A stretch of DNA of 64,000 nt. It comes from Porphyridium purpureum. Lineage: Eukaryota. Below are positions 31,673 to 41,100 of this stretch, in pieces. Where the stretch lies: positions 1 through 64,000 of the forward strand of contig VRMN01000008.1 in NCBI GenBank assembly GCA_008690995.1. Reading direction: 5' to 3'. Both the position numbers and the translations under genes were made by a program. How positions within the stretch are numbered: position 1 is the first letter of the stretch; every line of letters begins with the position of its first letter. The notes under the pieces are model-generated. The model did not search any database. It saw only the letters and a program-made list of their open reading frames with translations, and was not told the origin of the DNA.

Positions 31673-32431
31673 ATGGATTCTGAGGGAATGAACGTGCAGG
31701 GCCTGCAGGGCGGCGCGTCGTGGATTGAAGCTTTCAACCAGCTTCATGCTCGTATCGGAGGACAAGAAATGATGATTGTGCAGCTGCAGGAGGGAAACCG
31801 CCTCTTGCAGGAGATGCTGCAGAGTGTGATGCATCAGGCATCTGTGCCAGCTGGTCCCGGCGAAACGGAAAGGACCGTTGCATCGCTGATTGGACGTAGC
31901 TTGAGGAAATACGACGGACAGCGCGACAAACTCGTTGTGAACGAGTGGTTGTCGAGGATGAAGCAAGACTTGGACATGTGCATGCCAGCTGGGGCGCTGG
32001 AGTCGCAGAAGGTGATCGTAGCGTCGCGCTTCTTTGAGAAGGATGCCGCGCTGTTGTGGGCAGCTCGCCCTGAAGAACAGAGGATGGCATTGGCCGAGTC
32101 CGGTTGGAATGCGTTCGCGAACTTCGTGCGGACGGCATTTGAGCCGCCGCAGGCATACCTGACTGCTCGAACGAACTTGTATCAGCTGAAGCAGGGCAAG
32201 ATGACTGTTGCTGAGTTTGAGCAGCGCCTGAGGATGGTGGCTCTGTCCGTGGATAATGTGACAGATGCCGAGCTCAACACCATCTTCACTCTCGGCCTGA
32301 AGGAGAAGCTTCGCCTTGAGGTGGCGCGTCAGGACACGAAGACGCTGGAAGAGTCGCTGAGGGCGGCGTTGGCTGCGGAGCAGGTTGGTAGGTTTGGAGG
32401 AGACATGAGGGAGGCTTTTCATGGCGCCTCT
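31673..32431 (+). pseudogene. gag: Outer element gag, N-terminal part (interrupted by Gypsy insertion)
   Basis: Retrotransposon capsid motifs (KYDGQRD, WNAFANFVRTAF, LYQLKQG, FTLGLK). The frame resumes after the TSD at 37915. Confidence 0.88.
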
Positions 32432-32734
32432 TGTTATCCGTTCGACCCCAGTCACCTAGAACGGTTCGGTTACTCCGAAACCGGTAAGCCGTTAAACCGG
32501 TAGACCGTTTAACCGTTTCTAGAAGCTTCTAGAGGTTCCAGAACCTTCTAGACGCGCGCAGAAATGCCAATCATTTGCATTGTCATTTCTCTTGGCGCCT
32601 TGCTGTCCCTAGCGGAAGTAAGGGTATAAAAAGGCGACGCGCCTGCCCGGACTAGCCGGTCAGGTCTTGCTCGGAGACAGAAGAGGTAAGAAGAGGAAGA
32701 AGAGAGAGAGAATAAAGGCACAGCATTGGTAACA
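32432..32734 (+). repeat. 5' LTR of inner Gypsy (303 bp)
   Basis: TGTTA...TAACA inverted termini, CCAAT at ~32567, TATAAA at 32625, AATAAA at 32711. Confidence 0.95.
32516..32553. promoter_or_regulatory. Heat-shock-element-like nGAAn inverted arrays in the Gypsy LTR (copy at 37691-37728)
   Basis: TTCtaGAAgcTTCtaGAg and TTCcaGAAccTTCtaGAc, about 70-110 bp upstream of the TATA box. Confidence 0.7.
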
Positions 32735-32736
32735 TT

Positions 32737-32748
32737 TGGTATCATCGC
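32737..32748 (+). other. Primer binding site (tRNA-iMet type) of inner element
   Basis: TGGTATCATCGC, 2 nt after the LTR end. Confidence 0.88.
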
Positions 32749-33301
32749 TGGTTACCTGGGGTTGCTCTAAGGTTCTCTTAGCGCTTCTCTGGGGTTGCCT
32801 GGGTGGGAGAGTCTGCGGGTAAGGGGGTTCGAGTAAGTCGATCCGGAGGGTGCGACGGGTGGAAGCGGGTCTCAGTCTTGGCTGTACGATAGGCCTAGGC
32901 CTTGACGGCGGACTCGCTCTCTGCCTTAGCACGTATTAGTAGGCAAGAGCCGTAACGGTCAGCCTTCACTAGGATTCATCCTAGTGTCGCACGACCACCT
33001 TTGCGAAGGTAGGCGCCGAACACCTCCATACAAGATCGCATCTATAATCCCCGCCCCAGTGCAAAGGCCCGGGCCGCTCCCCATCCAGCGCAACAGAGGA
33101 GGATTGCTGTGTGCTTTGTTGTGCGTGCATGAGAAGATTGCTGTGCGTGTGTGTGCGTGAGAGGACCGCTTCGTGTGTCGGTTTGTGTTCGTGAGGGCGA
33201 CCGAGCCCGTTCGTGGTGCGCGCAGCTGTTGGAGAAAGTGAGCATCGGAGGCTTGCTGTTTGTGTCGTTGTCGTCGTTGAGCGTGCTTTAGTCCAGAAAG
33301 C

Positions 33302-35917
33302 ATGGAGATTGATTCGGAGACGCTGGGACCACGTGGCCCGAAGGAGGCCCGTCTGATGAGGTTCGACGGGAAGCGTGACCTTCTGGTTGTGAAGACGTGG
33401 TTGTTCCAGGCGAGAAAGAAGATCTTGGGCCGGCTGTCGGAGAGCATCCACCCGGACGATTTGGAGAAACGTCTGCTTGCGGAGAGGCGTGCTGTGGACC
33501 TGGCATCAGACTATTTCGAGGGAGAGGCGCTTCATTGGTGGGTTCTGAACTGCGAGCGCTACCCGCAGGAGATCCCCACGACGTGGAATGATTTTGCTGC
33601 CCTCGTGAGTGCTCGGTTCACGCCGCAGGATTCGATCAGGCGTGCAAGGGACAAGTTGACGCGTCTTTCGCAGAAAGGCCCGGCCCATGCGTATGTGGCG
33701 GCTTTTCAGGACGCGGCACTTGTGATTCCGGACTTGTCGGACGCAGAAATGATGGACCGCTTTGTGAGGGGTCTGAAGCCCGAGGTCCGCTTGGAAGTGT
33801 ACAAGCGAGGAGTGAGCACGTTCGCGGAGGCTGCGCAGGTGGCGGTGGTCGTGGACGACGCCATTCATGCGACCCGCGGCGTGCGTGATTCAAGTGTGAG
33901 GACGCCATTTTTCGGTCGTGCAGCGCAGGAAGGACCTGTCCCGATGGAGCTGGGACATGTGCAGGGTCAGAGGCGTGTTCGTACCGAGCTCAAATGCTGG
34001 AATTGTGGAAGGCCGGGACACATCGCGAGGAAGTGTCCCGAGGCAAGGAAGACTATCCAGCAGCTGGAGGGAGACTCGCTGGAGTCAAAAAAACGAGGAG
34101 CTCGAGTAAAGAGGTTCCTCGGACAGTCAGAGGGAAAGGAGGCTCGCAGACGTTACGAGACCTCTAGGGGCGGCAATGAAGACCGCTGTGGTGGCCTTGG
34201 TAAGCCAAGGTCTGGCTGTCCGAAACCTTGTGGGCGAAACTCGAGCGCAAATCAGCCCGTGATCAAGGAACTTGGAGGGATGGGAGCTGCCATGCTTCTT
34301 CGAGTTCGAGGAAAAGTGCACAAGTCCGATGGAGAGGCCACGTTTTTGATTGACAGTGGCGCGACGGACAACTTCATGAGCGTGGACTTTGTGCTGAAAT
34401 CCGACGGCCTGAAGCATAAGGCGTCGTGGAAGAGAGATCATGTGACCCTAGCAGACGGGTCAGTATTGGAAACAGCCGGAGAAGTTTCCAATGTCAAGTT
34501 TGAACTGAGCGATGGGTACTCAGGGACCGCTACCTTTGCCATTTGCCGGATTGCGGGACAAGACGCAATCTTGGGCATGGAGTGGCTGAAGCGGGAGAAC
34601 CCAGTGATTGATTGGCAGTCTGGCATGTTGGCCTACGGAGAGAAGAAGGCCTGGAGCATGACGCAGATGCTGGTGCCACGGAAAGAGCTCCGTCGGCTGT
34701 TGAAGAGTCAGGAGGTAGAAGAGTGCTACCTCGGCGTGCTGAAAGGAAGGGAGGAGCCCTGTTCAGTGGAGCGCAAAGGAGATGACTCTGTGAGAAAGAT
34801 GCTCAAGGATTTCGAAAATCTGTTCGAGGAGCCACGTGGGCTGCCTGAGAGCCGAACAGTGGAGCATGTGATTAGGCTGAAAGATGAAAAGCCTGTGAGA
34901 GTGGGCAGGGTCTACCGACTGAGCCCTGCGGAGTTGAAAGTCCTCCGAGAGACTTTGGACGACTTGCTGGATAAAGGATTCATCCAGCCGAGTCAGAGCC
35001 CGTTTGGAGCACCCGTGCTGTTCGTGAAGAAGAAAGACGGCAGCATGAGGATGTGCGTCGATTATCGGGCGTTGAACGACGCAACTGTGAAGGACCGGTA
35101 TCCGTTGCCAAACATGGATGAGTTGCTGGATCGACTGGGCGCAGCTCATTGTTTTTCAAAGTTGGATTTGGCATCGGGATACCACCAGTTGCGTGTTCGG
35201 AGAGAGGACGTGCCGAAGACCGCGTTCCAGACCAGGTACGGACAGTTCGAGTTCCGTGTGATGCCGTTTGGTCTTTGCAACGCGCCGGCAACTTTTCAGA
35301 GGGCCATGAACGAGCTGTTTGCAGATCTGCTGGACAAGACCGTCATTGTCTACTTGGACGATATTTTGGTCTTTACCAAGGATAGGCAGTCGCATGCTGA
35401 GGTCCTGAAGGAAGTGTTGTCGCGCTTGCAAAAGGCGGGGTATCGGTTGAAGCGCAAGAAGTGCAGCTTCTTCGTTTCTGAAGTCGAATACCTGGGGAAC
35501 ATTGTCGGCAACGGTTGCGTGAAGATGGATCCACGGAAGGTGGAAGCTTTGAGAGATTGGCCAGTGCCAAAGACGGTGACGGAGTTGAGATCCTTTTTGG
35601 GAATGACAAACTGGTTTCGCAGGTTTGTCAAAGGATACTCTACCGTCGTGGCGCCGCTGACTTCGCTGTTGCAGAACGCAAAGTCGAAGAAGCAGCTGAT
35701 CGAACTGGGAGATGAAGGCAAGTCGGCCTTCGAGAAGATTGTGGGGATGTTGACGGAAGCGCCGGTGTTGGCCTTGCCAGACCCTGAAAAGCCATTTGAG
35801 GTGTACACGGACCGCTCCGAAGTCGCGGTGGGGGGGATGGCTGGCACAGGAAGGCAGACCGGTCGCGTTTACGTCAAGGAAGCTGCTGGACCGAGAGACC
35901 AGGTACAGCAGCTATGA
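33302..35917 (+). CDS. gag-pol: Gypsy Gag-PR-RT-(partial RNase H) polyprotein
   Basis: GPVPMELG, CWNCGRPGHIARKC (CCHC), FLIDSGAT, KKKDGSMRMCVDYRALN, MPFGLCNAPATFQ, YLDD. The reading frame is lost at the G-run near 35830. Confidence 0.93.
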   Translation: MEIDSETLGPRGPKEARLMRFDGKRDLLVVKTWLFQARKKILGRLSESIHPDDLEKRLLAERRAVDLASDYFEGEALHWWVLNCERYPQEIPTTWNDFAALVSARFTPQDSIRRARDKLTRLSQKGPAHAYVAAFQDAALVIPDLSDAEMMDRFVRGLKPEVRLEVYKRGVSTFAEAAQVAVVVDDAIHATRGVRDSSVRTPFFGRAAQEGPVPMELGHVQGQRRVRTELKCWNCGRPGHIARKCPEARKTIQQLEGDSLESKKRGARVKRFLGQSEGKEARRRYETSRGGNEDRCGGLGKPRSGCPKPCGRNSSANQPVIKELGGMGAAMLLRVRGKVHKSDGEATFLIDSGATDNFMSVDFVLKSDGLKHKASWKRDHVTLADGSVLETAGEVSNVKFELSDGYSGTATFAICRIAGQDAILGMEWLKRENPVIDWQSGMLAYGEKKAWSMTQMLVPRKELRRLLKSQEVEECYLGVLKGREEPCSVERKGDDSVRKMLKDFENLFEEPRGLPESRTVEHVIRLKDEKPVRVGRVYRLSPAELKVLRETLDDLLDKGFIQPSQSPFGAPVLFVKKKDGSMRMCVDYRALNDATVKDRYPLPNMDELLDRLGAAHCFSKLDLASGYHQLRVRREDVPKTAFQTRYGQFEFRVMPFGLCNAPATFQRAMNELFADLLDKTVIVYLDDILVFTKDRQSHAEVLKEVLSRLQKAGYRLKRKKCSFFVSEVEYLGNIVGNGCVKMDPRKVEALRDWPVPKTVTELRSFLGMTNWFRRFVKGYSTVVAPLTSLLQNAKSKKQLIELGDEGKSAFEKIVGMLTEAPVLALPDPEKPFEVYTDRSEVAVGGMAGTGRQTGRVYVKEAAGPRDQVQQL

Positions 35918-37487
35918 AGGTGAGCTCATGGCCGTCATTCACTGTCTGCGAGAGTTTCGACCTTATCTGTTCGGGGCAAAGTTTGTGCTTCATACGGATC
36001 ATGAGGCGTTGAAACATTTGATGACGCAGAAGGAGCTGAATGGCCGGCAAGCACGGTGGCTGGACTTTTTAGCCGAGTTTGATATCACAATCGACTATGT
36101 GAAGGGAAAGTCGAACGTGGTAGCCGATGCTTTGTCGAGGAAGCCAGAGTTACACGCGCTAGAGTACCAGGTTCGGTGTGATGAATTTGGTGCGGGTTTC
36201 CAGGCATTCGTGGGTTCGTACTCGAGTGACCCAGACTTTGGTCCTTTGATGGGGGATTTACCGACCCACCAAGGTTTTCGAACCGAAGCCGGGCTCTTGT
36301 ACTTGAGGAATCGCGTTTGCGTGCCGAGGAAGTTCAGAGAGCGTGTCATGCAGCTCCACCACGATATCCCGACAGCAGGGCACCGTGGAGCGGACACGAC
36401 TTATGCATCTTTGATAACTCGCTTCTACTGGCCAAAGATGAAGCGAGACGTGAGCCGTTTTGTGAAGACTTGTCACGCATGCCAAGTGACAAAGTCTGAG
36501 AATCGGTCGTTCGGAAAGCTGAAGCCCTTGTCGATCCCAGAAGGACCTTGGGTCGACATTTCGATGGACTTTGTGACAGAGCTGCCTCGGAGCGAAGGCA
36601 GCTGTGATGCAATCATGACTGTGGTGGATCGCTATTCGAAGATGGCGCTGTTTATCCCGACGCGCAAGGACTTGACAGCAAAGCGTTGTGCTGACTTGTT
36701 CGTGAAGCACGTCGTGAGCCGTTTCGGATACCCCAAGTCAATTGTATCGGACCGAGATCCGCTGTTTACGTCCACGTTTTGGCAGCAGTTGAGCAAGCGG
36801 GTGGGCATGAAGTTGGCTATGTCTACCGCCAACCACCCGCAGACTGATGGCCAAACTGAGCGAGTGAACCGCGTGATTCGGGAAATGCTCAAGTTGATGG
36901 CGACGAATAGTGGCTGGGTGCGAGACTTGCCGTTGTACGAGTTTGCGTACAACTCTGCACCAAGCAGTGCCACTGGATTCGCGCCGTTCAAAGTGGTATA
37001 TGGAAGGGATCCTTGGTTTCCACCGAGCGAAGGGTGGAGGCCTGCGCGCGACGGACAGACGAAGGACATGGCGGAGCACTGGTTTCGCCTGTGCAAAGTC
37101 CATGAAGAAGTCCGCGACAATTTGATCGAAGCCCAAGGGAGAATGCAGAAGTTCTTCGATCGAAGCAAGGATGCCCGGGAGTTTCAAGTTGGTGATCAAG
37201 TGTTGGTCACGGCGCCGCAACTGCGGCCGAACAAGAGTGATTTGGCGGCACCAAAGTTTCTTGGTCCGGTGCCTGTCATTGAGAAGGTAAGCTCGCATGC
37301 TTACCGAGTGGTTTTGCCCGAGGGTGTGGCTTGTCATGATGTTTTTCCGATCCAACATCTGAAGCCATACTATGGACGCGAAGACTACATGGCGGGGGAA
37401 AATGATGAAGAAGTACCCGACGAAATGCCGGCGTCCGATTCTGAGCCAGACTTGTTGAAAATTATCGAAGAGTCTGACTCTGAATGA
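35839..37487 (+). CDS. pol: Gypsy RNase H remainder plus integrase (frameshifted continuation of pol)
   Basis: LAQEGRPVAFTSRKL, TDHEAL, NVVADALSR, HHCC (HHD..GH..CHAC), ISMDFV, SIVSDRD, HPQTDGQTERVNR, GPY/F-like PKFLGP, acidic tail, no chromodomain seen. Confidence 0.92.
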
Positions 37488-37606
37488 CTTGGGTACTGTG
37501 AGAAGTTTGCTAGGCAGAGGTTTTCTCCCGGAGCGCGGGTTCCTCGAGCCAAGAATGCAACTTAGTTTGAAGTCTCGCCGAGACGTCGAGCCAAGAGGGG
37601 GGGAGA

Positions 37607-37909
37607 TGTTATCCGTTCGACCCCAGTCACCTAGAACGGTTCGGTTACTCCGAAACCGGTAAGCCGTTAAACCGGTAGACCGTTTAACCGTTTCTAGAAG
37701 CTTCTAGAGGTTCCAGAACCTTCTAGACGCGCGCAGAAATGCCAATCATTTGCATTGTCATTTCTCTTGGCGCCTTGCTGTCCCTAGCGGAAGTAAGGGT
37801 ATAAAAAGGCGACGCGCCTGCCCGGACTAGCCGGTCAGGTCTTGCTCGGAGACAGAAGAGGTAAGAAGAGGAAGAAGAGAGAGAGAATAAAGGCACAGCA
37901 TTGGTAACA
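37607..37909 (+). repeat. 3' LTR of inner Gypsy (303 bp)
   Basis: Identical by eye to 32432-32734 and preceded by the PPT. Confidence 0.95.
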
Positions 37910-37914
37910 CCTCT

Positions 37915-38112
37915 AGTCCAAACTACCGGAACAGCTCGTCGTATGTCGGGACGGCGCCAATGGATTTGGGCGTCGTGGAGAAACGCCAGCCGGAGAAGCG
38001 CAAGCGTGCGGACATGGGCAAAGTCAGATGCTACCATTGCGGGCAGCGCGGCCACATCAAACCCAATTGCCCAAAGAGGAATGGGCACTTGGCGGGAGGC
38101 CCGGAAAACTAA
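37915..38112 (+). pseudogene. gag: Outer element gag, C-terminal part (PMDLG + CCHC knuckle)
   Basis: My translation: SPNYRNSSSYVGTAPMDLGVVEKRQPEKRKRADMGKVRCYHCGQRGHIKPNCPKRNGHLAGGPEN*. It is in frame with 31673-32431 once the inner element and one TSD copy are removed. Confidence 0.9.
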
Positions 38113-41100
38113 AACCTCGAGGGAGAAGTTGGGAGGTGCACTCGAGGGGAACGGAACCTCCCGGGATGGGCTTTGTAGGTGAGGTCTGGCGCGCTGATGC
38201 GGCGTCAAGGTTGCTCTACAAGCGTGGAACTTTAGATGGCGAGTCTGTCCAATTTCTGGTGGACAGCGGAGCATCGCACAATTTTCTTGGATCTCGCTTT
38301 GTCGGCAGATTTGAAGGGCGCGAGAACGGAATGGTCAAGCTTGCGGGTGGGCAAAGTGTCTTAGTGCATGGCCCGGTGTTGCAGCATGTTGATCTTGGGT
38401 TCTGGAAAGGGCCGGTCAAGTTTTATGTCGGACCTCTGCAAATGGATGCAATTCTCGGGTGGGACTGGCTGAGTCGCGTGAACCCGAGGATTGATTGGCA
38501 GAGGGGTTCGATGGACTTGGGACTTGAAAATGTGGAAGATTGTGCGATGGTGAATGTCGTGGACGCTCTTTCCGAGTCAAGCGGAAATCAAGCGTACGAT
38601 GGAGAAGAGGAGAGTGCCAGTGAAGAGGTCGAAGGAAAGATGGCCGGGATGGAACATGCGTTGACTCACATGCCGATGCGGAATGATTGTGAGACGTGTG
38701 TTGTGGCCAAGATCAAGAGCCGACCAGCAAGAAGGCTGGAGAAGGACTTGTCCACTTTGTCGTTCAATGACGAAGTTGGGATCGACCTGGTGGAGCCCGG
38801 ACGTAACGTGGAAGCCATCGATGGGGCGAAGTACATACTGACGCACATCGATAGAGCGACGAGGTGGGCCACACTGGCAGGATTGAGAGCCAAAACGCAT
38901 ACGGCGGTTGCTGAAGCTTGGACAAGCGTGCAAGCCGGGCGAGGATGGCCAAAGGTACTGAGGACAGATGATGGAAACGAGTTCAGGGGAAATGTGAGCA
39001 ATTTGGTACGGGAGAATCTCGTGAAGCATGAGATTGGCGTCCCACATAGACCAAATAGCCACGCTGAACAGGAACGTTTCCATCATACTTTGAATCAGGG
39101 GGTACGAGCAAATCTCCTGCAGTCTGGGCTGGGAAAGCGGTGGTTTTTGCATGCCGCTCAGCATTTCGTCTTCATGTTCAATCGGCTGCACCCAGACAAG
39201 AGGTCTGGGAAGTCTCCGTATGAAATGAGGTACGGTGAGAGATGGAAGCGGGGGAAGGTAGCAGTACCATTTGGATGCAAGGTGGTGTTCAAGAATGATC
39301 AACCTGAGAACAAGTATGCACCCAGAGGAAAGATTGGAGTCCTTGTTGGAGTTGCGGAGCATCCGCTGGCAATCTGGGTCCTTCCTCAGGAGGAGTGGAC
39401 GAGTGCGGCACCGAGGCTGACTCGCACTCAGGACTTCAAGGCGTTCCCTGAAGTGTTTCCAATGCGGACTTTGGAAACAAGGGATGACGAGGAGGTCTCG
39501 GCACGTGAGGGTGAAATCGACTTTCACTCTAGGCAGGAAGAACCGGATAGTCAAGAGACTATGGTGTTGCCTACGAATACGGCCGAGGCGCGTGAATCCG
39601 GGAACTTGGAGGAGGATGTTCCCCTACCTGTTGGAAGAAGGGGGAAACGAAAACCCAGGGTATCTTGGAGCCGGGAAGAGGATCAGGCCATCATGGATGG
39701 CTTACGGCTCTTTGGCTGGGGGAAGTGGGAAAGAACTCTGCAAGAATACAAGGCAGTGTTCCGCGATTCAAGAAACGGAAAGGATGTGCGAGCCCGGGCT
39801 CATAATATGGGCCTCTCGGAGGAAAATTGGAGGCAACGCGCAGGAGTTGCTCCAGAAACACCGCAATTGAACTTGACAACTTTGTTGCAGACGAGCCAAG
39901 CTCTGGCTTCTTCGGCTGGAAGAGAAGCCATGCAAAAAGAAGTGGACTTGATGATTCGATTCAAGGTATGGGATGAGCAACCTATTTCAAGGGAAGAAGC
40001 TCTCAAGGTCCCAGGCGCACGATTTGTGCGGACACACTTTATATTCGGATTGAAGTTCGCTGAGCTTCCGGAGGAGTTTCGCAAGGTCAAGTGTCGGCTT
40101 GTTGCTGGTGGAAATAGGATTTGGGATGCCTCAGGGAAGGTCACTCAGGATGTGTTTGACTATGAGGTGCCCGCGGGCCTGTCTGCAATCAGAATGTTGA
40201 TAGCTTTGGCCGCGATCCTGGGATTGAAAATCGTGTCGTTCGATGTGACGTCGGCGTACTTACACGCTGACTTGTCAGGACCACCGACGTTTGCCATGTT
40301 GCCCCCTCATGTTCCAGGAGGAGGTGATGGACTTCTCGTTCGCTTGAGAAGGGCGCTTTATGGCTTGCCAAGAAGCGGGTCTGACTTTTCCATCGATGCC
40401 CGCAGAAAACTTCAGAAGTTCGGGTGGGATTTGATTCACGGCGAGAAGAATGTATACGTGAAAAAGATGGCGGGAAGTGCATCTGTTGCACTCTTGGCCT
40501 TGTATGTCGATGATGGCCTGCTCGCGTGTGCCGAGAAGGATCGGGGTGAGATATTTCGAGAGTTGAGGTCAGAGTTCCTCATTGAGAAGGAGCCAGAAGT
40601 CCTCTCGGAAGGTACCCCGTTGAGGTTCCTAGGTCTCACGATCTCGGAGTCGGCGGCACGGCTTTCGTTGGATCATGATCACTACCAAGCTTTGGTGGTG
40701 AAGGAATTTGAAGAAGAGCTTGGGCAGGTGCTGCGAGCGGTGAAATCACCGGGTGAGAAGATGAATGCTGACGCTGTATTGGATGTTCAAGTCGAACATG
40801 GGCATCTGAAAATACGCGAGCATGTTGGGCGGCTGCTGTGGTTGGCCAGGACGGTCAGACCGGATATCTCCTATGCAGTTGGAGTGGTGGCTCGGTATGT
40901 GGATAGCTGGAACGTCGCAGCTGAGAGACTCCTGGTTCGCGTCATGCAATACTTGAAGGTGCCTCGTGAGCCACTTGAGTATTTGCGGATGACGTCATTG
41001 AAGATCAGCGACGTAAGCGTCTTGGGTTATGCTGATGCCGACTTTGCTGGATGCCCGGAAACGCGCAAGTCAACGTCTGGGAGAGTGACGTACTTGGTCG

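Larger units (their letters stand above)
32432..37909 (+). mobile_element. Inner Ty3/Gypsy LTR retrotransposon, recent insertion
   Basis: TG...CA LTRs at 32432-32734 and 37607-37909 appear identical. TSD CCTCT at 32427-32431 and 37910-37914. PBS at 32737, PPT AAGAGGGGGGGAGA, domain order gag-PR-RT-RH-IN. Confidence 0.97.

Noticed and set aside
30813..31691. 292-aa ORF spanning the 5' LTR (and the 320-aa ORF 41363-42325 over the 3' LTR)
   Set aside because: No ATG, no recognisable domain, and the two copies differ by frameshifting indels. Probably a chance open frame.
32432..32503. C-terminal tail of track ORF 31673-32503
   Set aside because: Read-through from the outer gag into the inner LTR, not native Gag.
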